Part shown: in pieces, positions 11,820-22,320 of the stretch
Position numbering within the stretch: position 1 is the stretch's first letter
Layout of the letters: the number at the start of each line of letters is the position of its first letter
Assembly: GCF_001194135.2 (NCBI RefSeq)
Contig: NC_068983.1
Coordinates: 23,919,755 to 23,966,338 of the forward strand
Length of the DNA stretch: 46,584 nucleotides
Direction of reading: 5' to 3'
Origin: Octopus bimaculoides
Lineage: Eukaryota
Program-made: the position numbers and the translations under genes
The notes under the pieces: generated by a model
What the model saw: only the letters and a program-made list of their open reading frames with translations
Told to the model about the DNA's origin: nothing
The model's database searches: none

Positions 11820-12155
11820 AATTTTAAACCATCTCTTTGAACTTCGGTTTAGTTCGCTTAAGATTACGATCTATGTCGAGATCTGCACCTCTTAAAACAC
11901 GGACATCTTTCACATTATTCAAATCTTTCTTTCTTGCAAGAACGTAATCAATCATTTGCCAATTTCTTGAAACCTGGATGCATCCAGATTCCTTTGTGAA
12001 TCTCTTCACATTCAAAGAACATGTTACAAACAGTGAAATACAGTTCTTAGAACATTTGTAGTAAAAGGAAACCATCATGATATTCTAAACAGTTCTATTT
12101 TCCAAAACATTTATCCGCTCCAGTTTTAAAGTCCCATAAGAATTATTATTACTTT
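11820..12155 (-). mobile_element. RTE-type LINE, APE endonuclease fragment
   Basis: With frameshifts reads DF..., GFLLLQM..ELYFTVCNMFF...IHKGIWMHPG..NWQMIDYVLARKKDLNNVKDVRVLRGADLDIDRNL (W.HP..W..IDY...SDH-type motifs). Confidence 0.85.
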
Positions 12156-12393
12156 AATCTCTAACCAAAGTTTTCTTCATCAGAATCATATGTGATTGGT
12201 TTACACACACGCACACACACTTTTATATGCATGTGTGAATATAAATACACACATACTTGAATATACATACGTGTGTATGTATGTATGTATGTATGTATGT
12301 ATGTATATATATATATATATATATATATGAATATACATACATGTGTGTGTCTATATGTATGTCTATATGTATGTCTATATGTGTGTCTATATG

Positions 12394-12430
<37 letters not shown>

Positions 12431-12433
<3 letters not shown>

Positions 12434-12615
12434 ACACGTAAAAGCACCCACTACACTCTCTGAGTGGTTGGCGTTAGGAAGGGCATCCAGCTGTAGAAAC
12501 TCTGCCAAATCAGACTGGAGCCTGGTGTTGCCATCCGGTTTCACCAGTCCTCAGTCAAATCGTCCAACCCATGCTAGCATGGAAAGCGGACGTTAAACGA
12601 TGATGATGATGATGA
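12431..12615 (+). mobile_element. SINE family B, 3' part
   Basis: Near identical to 3818-3992, ending in (GAT)n. Confidence 0.9.
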
Positions 12616-12645
12616 TATACATATATATATATGAATATACATACA

Positions 12646-12713
<68 letters not shown>

Positions 12714-13374
12714 CACACATATATAAATTATCACTACCACATGTCTAACATGCGTATGTTGTTTAAATGTCAGAATGTCAGAAGCTGTGGTTAAAGACAT
12801 ATAGTGTGTTAAAAACATGATATACTTCAGAGTTAGATGAAATGAAATTGTCCCAGAAGTGGTCACAAGAGTGACAGATACCGTATTTCACTGCAGTTGC
12901 AGGTTATCAATGTCATATACTTGTGTCACTTCCAAAACAAATCGAAATCATTAGTCTGAACTATATACAGGCATCGTATGAACTACATGCTGATTTGCAA
13001 TGGCGATCTATAAGCAGAATAAATTTGAATTATGCAAAGAAGCAGTTCAATAATGAGAACATTATCAATCCCCCATATTTAACATATGCATGTTATTTAA
13101 ACATGAAAAGATGTGATTTTTTTGTCTGGGAACAATCCTTTTAAAGATGTATAATAATAACATCACAATATACTTTATCACCTGGATCACCTGTGTAATC
13201 CTGTGATGAACCAGCGACCCATCCAGGTGGGGAAACTGGGAGACTGGCCCTTATGAGTTGGCATGGCTCGAGAAAGAAGGTAACTTTAGAAAACTGTTGC
13301 CCATTTTCCTGCACCGTGGGACTGAACTTGCGACAAGATGGTTGCAAAGTGAGCTTCTTAACCACACTGGCAGT

Positions 13375-13790
13375 GAATTTGCAAACTCTTTATCGATGGT
13401 TCATAGATATTCTCTTTCTCCTGTATTTTTCTAACCACATTCATGTATAGAAGGCAGCTGATTTCCACAGTAGAACATATCTCTTCATTGTGGTCCCATA
13501 CAACAATATCTGGCTGGTTGTGTTTTAACTTAGTGGCTGTTTTAATTTTCAAGTTCCACAAGTATCCTTTCGACCCACCGGTCTCAATATATCAACTTCG
13601 TTTGTAGGTATCCTCTGTTTCTTTTTTATTCTCTTCCAGACTGGTCTGGCCACCATATATCATGCCTCATGGGATGAATATCTGGAAGACATCCTCTCAC
13701 AGCTGGCAATAATGTGGCTGCTACCTTCAGTCTTTGTCTTACACAGCCTACATTTGTTGTCTGTCAATGTTTTCAGCCTTTTATGTTGTA
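13375..13790 (-). mobile_element. non-LTR retrotransposon with CCHC knuckle and restriction-like endonuclease, fragment
   Basis: CRLCKTKTEGSSHIIASC, MRHD, WNLKIKTATKLKHNQPDIVVWDHNEEICSTVEISC...KIQEKENIY (PD..E..K motif). Confidence 0.85.
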
Positions 13791-13792
13791 GG

Positions 13793-13883
<91 letters not shown>

Positions 13884-13912
13884 CTATATATATATATATA
13901 TATATCATCATC

Positions 13913-14052
13913 ATCATCATCATCATCATCGTTTAACGTCTGCTTTCCATGCTAGCATGGGTTGGACGATTTGATTGAGGACTGGTGAAACCAGATGGCT
14001 ACACCAGGCTCCAATCTGATTTGGCAGAGTTTCTACGGCTGGATGCCCTTCC
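13913..14052 (-). mobile_element. SINE family B, 3' part
   Basis: Reverse complement of the family B tail with (CAT)n. Confidence 0.9.
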
Positions 14053-14119
14053 TATATACATACATGCATACATACACACACGTAAATGTCCACATGCATA
14101 TGCACACTCACATGTAAAT

Positions 14120-14280
14120 ACAACAAATTTATTTCAGTTTCTCTCTACCAAATCCATTCACAAGGCCTTCTCCAGTATGGGGCTTCTAGTAGAAAACACT
14201 TTCCCAAGTTGTTGCATACTAGGCTGAATCTAAAAGCATGTGGCTGGAAAGTGAACTTCTTTCTGATGTAGCCAGGTTAA
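14120..14280 (-). mobile_element. SINE family A, diverged 5' half
   Basis: TTCAGTTT...CCAAATCCATTCACAAGGCC...AGTAGAAAACACTT.CCCAAG block. Confidence 0.65.
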
Positions 14281-14310
14281 GCCTGTTCCTATAACTACTA
14301 ATGGTGATGT

Positions 14311-14422
14311 TTACAGCACAGCACTATGGTTCCCAAGTGGTCTCCTATATAAATACTAACTACGTTTGACACTGCTTAACTTAGTGATCGGACGAGAGCT
14401 GGTGTTGTAAGCCATGATAAGC
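14311..14422 (-). pseudogene. 5S rRNA-derived sequence (pseudogene or SINE3-type head)
   Basis: The reverse complement ACACCAGCTCTCGTCCGATCACTAAGTTAAGCAGTGTC...GTTAGTATTT...GGAGACCACTTGGGAAC..AGTGCTGT aligns with metazoan 5S (CTCGTCCGATC, AAGTTAAGCA, GTTAGTACTT, GACC.CCTGGGAA) with many substitutions. Confidence 0.85.
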
Positions 14423-15194
14423 AATCTATGTAGGATAAATTTAGTAAAGATAAATATCTGATGAAAAATGAATCTCAGCAAATAATGAAAACAAGAATAA
14501 ATGATGAATGATTATTGTGAACCTTCTTAACCCACTGATTATAATGAGTATAAAATAAAAATAACATATCGATAATAGCTTCATATTTTCTTCCTTCTGA
14601 TATTAAGAAAAATTACTCTATTTGCTCCAGTCTGACAGCTTAGAAGAAAAAACTATACATTAAGGAAAACAGAAAGTCTATAAAACTATCGTTAATCATG
14701 GATTTTACAAATTTTTTTCGTCACTAATTCTGTCATCCTTAATGATAGTGATAGTCAGAAAAAAACTAAAAATTGGAATTTTCCACAATTATATAGTGTA
14801 TATTGTTGTTAAAACAGAATTTCTTTCCTAATTGACATTAATAAGTCTACTGTGAAGTAAAAGTGTTGAACAATAGATGGCGTGTAATGTGTCTTGCTTA
14901 CAAAACACAATGAGTTGCTAATAATGAGATACAAACACAGGACTTACTGGATCAGTCAATCATGCCTTAGTTATTTAGACTCTGTTTCTGTCTCACATAC
15001 ACACATACATACACATTTCAGAAGTAATTATCTGTTATAATTACTGCCATTGCTTAATTAGTATGCTGGGCTTTATTTTGATAACTGCAAATAGGAATAG
15101 AAATAAAGCAAAAGGTTTTCAAAGTTTACACTTTTCTTCATTCGATTATAAATCTTGATATAATATGATTGTAATTTATAAATACCATGAACTG

Positions 15195-15261
15195 CCACCA
15201 CCATCCCCTCTACCAATATCATATTCATCCTCTACATGGCCTCATCACCTGCTATCACCCC

Positions 15262-15297
<36 letters not shown>

Positions 15298-15560
15298 TGT
15301 AATACTCATCATCAGCATCACCTCAACCACTCTCCATTGCTCTTACCTCTACATGTTCATTTTCAGGGTTATGATGATGACGACGATGACCACTGCCACC
15401 GGCGCCACCACCACGGCCACCGCCGCTGCCGCCACCACCATCACCACCACCATTATCATCACGATCATGATCATCATTTCTGCTATTCTCCATTGCCCCA
15501 TTCCTGCACCCCCATTGTCATGATCATCATTGTCATCATCATGACCATCCTCCCCTTCGC

Positions 15561-15604
<44 letters not shown>

Positions 15605-15630
15605 CCATCATCACCATCATTATCACCTCA
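15195..15630. repeat. compound (CAT)/(CAC)/(GAC)/(CGC) trinucleotide tract
   Basis: Directly visible; it produces the His-rich ORF 15187-15678. Confidence 0.9.
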
Positions 15631-15734
15631 CAACAGGCTGTACCATTTATCAATGGACCGCCAACATTTCTACACTGAGAAAGGAATCTCTTGGTCCATT
15701 GAGAAAGCCTCAACATTGTCCCTTAACTTGTTTG

Positions 15735-15970
15735 AAGGCGGTGAGCTGGCAGAAATGTTAGCACTCCGGGCGAAATGCTTAGCAGTATTTCATCTGCCAC
15801 TACGTTCTGAGTTCAAATTCCGCCTAGGTTGACTTTGCCTTTCATCCTTTTGGGGTCGATTAAATAAGTACCAGTTACACACTGGTGTCGATATAATTGA
15901 CTTAATCCATTTGTCTGTCCTTGTTTGTCCCCTCTGTGTGTAGCCCCTTGTGGGCAGTAAAGAAATAAGA
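15735..15970 (+). mobile_element. SINE family C (tRNA head plus Nin/Deu-like domain)
   Basis: AAGGCGGTGAGCTGGCAGAA (A box), GAGTTCAAATTCC (B box), then GACTTTGCCTTTCATCCTTTTGGGGTCGATTAAATAAGTACC, which resembles the Deu/Nin SINE domain. Confidence 0.85.
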
Positions 15971-15979
15971 AGTAGCAAC

Positions 15980-16118
15980 CAAATTTTCTTCAAACCAGCC
16001 AAATCTCCTTCAAACCAGTCAAATCTCCTTCAAACCAGCCAAATCTCCTTCAAACCAGTCAAATCTCCTTCAAACCAGTCAAATCTCCTTCAAACCAGCC
16101 AAATCTCCTTCAAACCAC
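15980..16118 (+). repeat. 20-bp minisatellite CAAATCTCCTTCAAACCAGY x7
   Basis: Seven consecutive 20-bp units counted directly. Confidence 0.95.
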
Positions 16119-16393
16119 ACTTTACTCTATTAGCAAAAATAAAAAAGGAAAAGTATGTTGGATGATATGTTCTTGTAACTCTAAATCTGAAGAATGATAA
16201 GATTGTAATGTCTAGGACACCTTTGATTACAGGTTTACTTGATTAGGATTGACCAGTGGCTAAATAATAACAAAAAACAACAAAACAACCAGAACCAAAA
16301 TACCAACAAAATAAACAACATCTATAATTTCCATACACTAAAATTTGCAGAGATGTGTTAGAAACACAGCTTGATTGCTTCAATTTGCTTTAA

Positions 16394-17085
16394 CCCTTTA
16401 GTATAAAGATTACTCTGTCAATTGTAATATTTGTTTATTTATTCACATTGTTTTGAATTAATTATGGAGTATCTCATGGCTTTGAGATTTCAATGATGTG
16501 ACTCTTTTACTCTTTTACTCTTTTACTTGTTTCAGTCTTTACTTGTTTCATTTGACTGCAGCCATGCTGGAGCACCGCCTTTAGTCGAGAAAATCGACCC
16601 CAGGACTTATTCTTTGTAAGCCTAGTACTTATTCTATCGGTCTCTTTTTGCCGAACCGCTAAGTTACAAGGACGTAAGCACACCAGCATCGGTTGTCAAG
16701 CGATGGTGGGGGGACAAACACAGACACACAAACACAGACACACACACATAGACACACACAGACACACACACACACAAACACAGACACACACACATATACA
16801 TATATACGACAGGGTTCTTTCAGTTTCCGCCTACCAAATCCTCTTACAAGGCTTTGGTCGGCCCGAGGCTATAGTAGAAGACACTTGCCCAAGGTGCCAT
16901 GCAGTGGGACTGAACCCGGAACCATGTGGTTGGTAAGCAAGCTACTTACCACACAGCCACTCCTGTGCCTGTTTATTTTTAGAGTGACATTGGAGGAGAA
17001 AATGGGAGAGGCCTGATCTGGCGAGTTTGAAAATAAGACAGGTAGAATATTTGAGCTGGATGTGGCCTGTTTAAGCACTAAAAGG
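16394..17085. mobile_element. piggyBac-like MITE with TTAA TSD, interrupted by a SINE
   Basis: TTAA|CCCTTTAGT at 16390 and ACTAAAAGG|TTAA at 17077-17089; a family A SINE occupies about 16505-16968. Confidence 0.7.
16505..16968 (-). mobile_element. SINE family A, full length
   Basis: Reverse complement of the 7524-7910 family, with an internal (CA)-rich tract. Confidence 0.92.
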
Positions 17086-17326
17086 TTAAACTACACAGCA
17101 TATGAGCTACAAAGATTGATTGAACTAAGAAGCGCATACTGTCCTGTTGCCTCAGATCCACATGGATCCAGGAGCTTAGTACTAATCTATGCATGATGTG
17201 GCTTGCTGTCAATAAATAAATACAATCATTCTCAGTGCACTGGGTTTGCTTGAGGGTTTGCAAGATAGGCTTACTCTATATCCATCTATGAACAATATTA
17301 GCATAACAGAATATGTCTGGAACATT

Positions 17327-17560
17327 AAGGTGGTGAGCTGGTAGAAACGTTAGCATGCCGAGCGAAATGCTTAGCGGTATTTCATCTGCCACTACTCTCT
17401 GAGTTCAAATTCTGCTGAGGTTGACTTTGCCCTTCATCCTTTCGGGGTCGATTAAATAAGTACCAGTTATGCACTGGGTCGATATAATCGACTTAATCTG
17501 TTTGTCTGCCCTTGTTTGTCCCCCATGTGTGTAGCCTCTTGTGGGCAGTAAAGAAATAAG
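17327..17560 (+). mobile_element. SINE family C with 17-bp TSD
   Basis: Same structure as 15735. Flanked by GAATATGTCTGGAACAT (17309-17325) and GAATATATCTGGAACAT (17560-17576). Confidence 0.9.
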
Positions 17561-17699
17561 AATATATCTGGAACATGAGGGAACCTGTACATAATTATAC
17601 ATTCTGGTAGATATAGCAGCCAAATTTTCCTGTAATCACATCCTACCATATTCAGAAAGGAAAGCCAACTTAGTATGATTTAGATACAATATGACCATA

Positions 17700-17860
17700 A
17701 TGATCATCATCACTTTAACGTTCACTGTTCCATGTTTGCATGGGTTGGACAGAATTTGTTGAGGTAGATTTTCTACAGGATGGAAACAACAGACACCGTT
17801 TTTATGATGGTGACACTTGTTTACAACTATCATGCAAGTTCAAGACAAGGGGACACTAAC
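17700..17860 (-). mobile_element. SINE related to family B (variant body), 3' part
   Basis: TTTAACGTTCACTGTTCCATGTTTGCATGGGTTGGAC tail similar to family B; body shared with 2045-2300. Confidence 0.65.
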
Positions 17861-18659
17861 ACACTCACACACATGTACTCACTCACTTGCACAAACATGT
17901 ACCCACTCACACACTATCTCTCTATCTCTCTGTCACACACACATAAACACACACACAAACACACACACTGATACACACATATATAGAACATGCTTCTTTC
18001 AGTTTCTATCTACTAAATCTACTAACAAGGCTTTAGAAAAAAAGATGGGCTGAATACAGCTGGAACATTTTTGGTTATAGGTCTAATGGATCAGTATTGG
18101 CTTTGGGCTAAGTAACTATGAGCCACTACGCTGCTATAGAGCCATCCTAACACGATCACCTCTTTGATATGACCCACATAGGCTAAAAACAAGCGCTCAT
18201 GCTAAAATACCGAACATGTATCTATTGATTGTGATGACGTATATTCAGTTGCTTGACCCCGTCACCACTATCACTTACTTTTGTGTAACCAACAAACAAA
18301 ACAACAATAGTATGAGCTTGATAGCAATATCTGTAGCTACATATGTTATATGTCAACACAAGGATGTGTGTATGTGGCAATAAAGTGCGGAGGTTTTATG
18401 GTTCAAGCCAGAGGTGGAAGGATAGAAGTACCTATGTGCTATTTGTAATGACACAGCATTTCCTCCCACCTTATACCTTCACCCTTTTACCTTCTCATTT
18501 TCATTTTTACATCCATTGGAATAAGGCAAACTTTGGGTAGGTGGGGGGGCTCCCACAAAAGATTTCTTTCATGATTCTGTTTTAAAAATTATATATTTGA
18601 TGTGAATAACTGCCGACTGTCGTAATTGTTGGACTGAACTATATTTCAAGATTTTTGGA

Positions 18660-19385
18660 AAGAAGCTATCAAGTGAAACTTAATGCAATAATGCAAAGTG
18701 GAACCATAAAAGGACTACACTTGATATTAAATTTGACATTTTAAGAAAGCTTGATTTAGGAGAGAAAAATCAGTCATTTGGCTTACAATGTCTGCAGTGA
18801 GAGCAACATGAGGCAATAGAGAGAAAAATTAACTCAGGTGTTCAAGAAGCTACTCCATTAATTGCTTTGTTTTTTATATACATCTTCTAAGGTGATGCTT
18901 AAAGTAGAATGGATCTTGAATGTATGGACCAAGGATAAGACTTGACATAATGTGCTAATATGCATAATGGTAATTAAAAATGAAAGATTTAAGATGCTTG
19001 TATGATGATCTGCAGAAAAGGGAGGGTTAAACTTCAAATGAAAATCCTCTTTTGATTAGTAAAGGCCGGTTAAAAAGGCTTCGAAAGTGCTTCACTTTAC
19101 ATAACATAAAAATAATCAGTGAAGCAGCCGATGTTGATACAAAAGCTACTACTAATTATCCTGAGCAGCTCGAAAAAAAAAAAAAGAAAGATTATTGCTA
19201 GAGGAAGCTACACATCACAGCAGGTATACAATGATGATACAACTGCATTTTATTTCTGAGATTTAAAGCTTCCAAAAATTGTCAGATGTTTCTTCTGGAA
19301 GGAAATGCCAGTGGTAAAATGAAATTAAAATCTGTACTCGTGTATCACTCCAAAAATCCAAAGTGTTTCAAGGGTTATGCAAAGT
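18660..19385 (+). mobile_element. Tigger/pogo transposase pseudogene
   Basis: KRTTLDIKFDILRKLDLGEK (psq/CENP-B HTH), SKGRLKRLRKCFTLHNIKIISEAADVD...YPEQL...GSYTSQQVYNDDTT (degenerate VFN.DETG), GNASGKMKLKSVLVYHSKNPKCFKG. Confidence 0.88.
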
Positions 19386-19713
19386 TTAATTGGTTTATTC
19401 AGAGAACAAATTATTCTTCTATACCATTCACAAAAGAATAGATAAGTTAGTATTGATATATCTACTGAACGAAAGATTAAAATGTAAATTAGAAATAGTT
19501 ACATGTTGAAGGGAATAGATAAATATACTGATAGTCACGCTAGTATTAGCATATTCAATACATAAGTAGTGAGAGAGATGAATAGATAATCAGATTGGTA
19601 GGTTAGTGTTAACGTATCTAATATAAGGAACATTAAAATGCTAGCTAGAAATTATTATATAGTGAGACAGATACACAGACATATATTTACATAGAGCAGT
19701 TAGTGTTTATATT

Positions 19714-20032
19714 GTCCTCATCACCATCAAAATTTAATGTTAGTTTTTCCATGCTAGCATGGATTGGACAGCTCGACAGGAACTGGCAGGGCCAGGGGTT
19801 GTACCAGATTCTAAAGTCTGTCTGGCTTGGTTTCTATGGCTGGATGTCCTTCCTAATGCCAACCAACCACTTTAGAGAGTGTACTGAGTGATTTTTACAT
19901 GGCACCAGCATCCACACCAATGCTTTTATGTGGCACCTTGGGTTTAAGATCTCAGTTCTGTTGTGGTATTCTTGAGAACAATAATGCACCACATACCCTG
20001 GTCTTCTGTCATCTCCTTTCTAAGGCCCAGCA
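19714..20032 (-). mobile_element. diverged SINE family B insertion with TTTATAT TSD
   Basis: Family B tail in reverse (TTTTCCATGCTAGCATGG...GGATGTCCTTCCTAATGCCAACC); TTTATAT at about 19706 and 20033. Confidence 0.7.
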
Positions 20033-20158
20033 TTTATATATTTAATGTTAAAAGTATCAGAAAGGGCGCTAGAAATAATTATATTCTGAAAAAAGAGAAA
20101 CCAAAAATGTAATTGTATAATATTTGACAGATATTTGTCCTCATCTTGTTTGTTGTTA

Positions 20159-20203
20159 ACACAACGTTTCAGCTGATACACGATCCAGCCTTCATCAAGT
20201 GTC
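20159..20203 (-). ncRNA. minimal type I hammerhead ribozyme motif (core C3 substituted)
   Basis: Reverse complement ACAC-TTGATGA-A-GGCTG(gatcgtgtat)CAGCT-GAAA-CGT-T-GTGT: stem I ACAC/GTGT, 5-bp stem II, palindromic ACGT stem III. Confidence 0.7.
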
Positions 20204-20281
20204 TTGGGGAAATTTCTAACCTGGGTTCTCATTCCTAAGGTATTTTTTCAATGTTCTTCTTCTTCTTATTATTATTATTCA

Positions 20282-20353
20282 GGTCACTACTTGGAATCGA
20301 ACTTGGAATCTTGGGGTTAGTAGCCTGCGCTCCTAACCACTATGCCATGTGCC
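20282..20353 (-). ncRNA. tRNA-like segment inside the Penelope terminal repeat
   Basis: Reverse complement GGCACATGGCATAGTGGTTAGGAGCGCAGGCTACTAACCCCAAGATTCCAAGTTCGATTCC: A box TGGCATAGTGG, B box AGTTCGATTCC. Confidence 0.7.
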
Positions 20354-21548
20354 TGTGGGAAATTATGGAATGAATTTTAGGGCTTATAAATCTAATATTT
20401 TTCTATCCTTCCTTAATACCGGTTCCCATATGCTACTCATATCTGCACTCAGTGAACTTAGAAGGTTGTTGTGTCCCAGCATATGTGCTGCTTCTTTTAG
20501 ATTTCGTATTTTCCAGTGGTGTTCTCTGTCTATTAGTTTAACTTCATCCCACAGGGAGAGGTGGTCTCCATTTTTCCATACATGATAAGCTATACCCGTT
20601 TATCAATATCTCCTCGTGTCACAGCTTTGTGATGTTCGTCTACCCTTATTTTGAGGGGGCGATATGTTTCACCTTTGTATAACCTACCACAGCAGCATGG
20701 GATGGAGTATATGCAGTCTTTGGTCATATTCTCTTCTATTGGTGGTTTTACCTGAAGGAGATATTTGCAAAGTGTTGTATTACTCTTGAATACTGTGCTG
20801 ATGTCATATGAGCCACATATCTTTTGTATCTTTTCGGAGAGGCTTTTCATACAGGGTAGACAGACTTATTGGTCTCATCCTCTCTTTTCCTCATAATTGG
20901 AGTAGATATTATGTTTTGGGGGTAGTTGTTGCTTAATAGACTGTTATTGAGCTTGATCATTTCTTCATGGTGTATGTCACGATCACTACTTATATTCTTT
21001 GCTCAATGTTTTAGGCACTGAGCAATCCCTCTCTTTACACGGTATGGATGGTAGGAATTGAAGTTGAGGTATCGTTCAGTGAAGGTTGGCTTGTGGTATA
21101 TGGATTCAGGACATCCATACTTGGTGCATGTTATTAATATGTCCAGGAATGCTAGCTGATTGTCTTTTTCCTTTTCCATTGCAAACTGTAAGGATGGCTT
21201 TATTGAGTTCACATGATCTAACAGCACTTGGACACCTTCCTGGTGTGGCCAGAGTAGTCTGACTACTCTGAAAAATTGGCAAGTTTTATAAGTGATGGTA
21301 GCTACAGTAAAGGAAAGAAAGACCCAACTCTGAGAACAGAGAGGAAGTTGTCACAGACCTTGATCAAGAACAAGGATCACTTTACACAAATGGAAAATAC
21401 GAAAACTAAAAGAAGCAGCACATATGCTAGGACACAACCTCCTAAGCAGACCAAGTGCAGATATGAGCAGCATATGGGAACTGGTATTAAGGAAGGATAG
21501 AAAAATATTAGATTTATGAGCCCTAAAATTCACTTCATAATTGCCCAT

Positions 21549-21621
21549 GGGCATATGGCGTAGTGGTTAAGGGTGCAGGCTGCTAACCCCAAGATTCCAA
21601 GTTCGATTCCAGGCAGTGACC
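21549..21621 (+). ncRNA. tRNA-like segment inside the Penelope terminal repeat
   Basis: A box TGGCGTAGTGG at 21556-21566, B box AAGTTCGATTCC at 21599-21610; GGCTGCTAACC resembles a tRNA-Asn/Ser anticodon arm. Confidence 0.7.
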
Positions 21622-21700
21622 TGAATAATAATGATAATAATAATAATGACATCGGAAGAATACCTTAGGAATGAGAACCCAGGTTAGAAATTTCCCCAAG

Positions 21701-21743
21701 GCACCTGATGAAGACTGGAGGGTATATCAGCTGAAATATATTA
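21701..21743 (+). ncRNA. hammerhead ribozyme motif, cleavage side degenerate
   Basis: GCAC-CTGATGA-AGACTG(gagggtatat)CAGCT-GAAA-TATATT; core intact but stem III and the cleavage triplet are mutated. Confidence 0.6.
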
Positions 21744-22283
21744 AAAACAAACAAGATGAGGACAAATATCCATCAAATGCAAATAATGTAAATAATGTAC
21801 ATAATTCCTCATCTCTTAAATATAGAACTGTATAATATTATTTTGATTCTTTCAGCAAACACAAAAGACATATCTTAATATGTCTCAGACTTTAGAAGAC
21901 TTCCTCAGAAAAGTATATACCTCACCATGTCATAAAATGCTTCCTCATATTTGAACTGTAACTTTTATGTGATAGTTCAACTTGAGCTCAACTTACCTTG
22001 GCTATACAATTATGGATAGATATACAGATGAGTAGGTTTGTATTAACTTATTTAATATAGGGGACATCAAAATGGTAGCTAGAAATAATTGCATGGTGAG
22101 ACAGACACAAAGATAGATTTTTATATTGGTCAGTTAGTATTAATATACTTAATGTGAAGAATGTCAGAAAGGTTACTAGGAAAAATTACGTACTGAAGAA
22201 AAAAAATATCCAATACATTCATAACTGTACAATATTTTGCTTATTTCAGCAAGCACAAGAGATAACTCTTGATATGTAGCCTC

Positions 22284-22284
<1 letters not shown>

Positions 22285-22320
<36 letters not shown>

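Larger units (their letters stand above)
20125..21828 (-). mobile_element. Penelope-like element with inverted terminal repeats (pLTR), 11-bp TSD
   Basis: Minus-strand RT C-terminus (NSIKPSLQFAMEKEKDNQLAFLDILI...YHKPTFTERYLNFNSYHP...KRGI) and GIY-YIG (CIYSIPCCCGRLYKGETYRPLKIRVDEH). 20125-20520 is inverted at about 21390-21775. TGTATAATATT occurs at 20114-20124 and 21829-21839. Confidence 0.93.

Noticed and set aside
15950-16165. ORF with repeated KPAKSPSNQSNLLQTSQISF
   Set aside because: This is translation of the 20-bp minisatellite. The regular unit and spacers are not CRISPR-like either, because the units are contiguous with no spacers.
18225-18245. TGACGT CRE-like site as a possible promoter
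   Set aside because: It is a single short motif with no supporting TSS or gene.
20282-21621. Functional tRNA genes
   Set aside because: Acceptor and T stems do not pair properly and both copies are inside a Penelope repeat; they are treated as tRNA-like only.
21997-22078. Minus-strand exon with a perfect GTAAGT donor
   Set aside because: All three frames contain stops.
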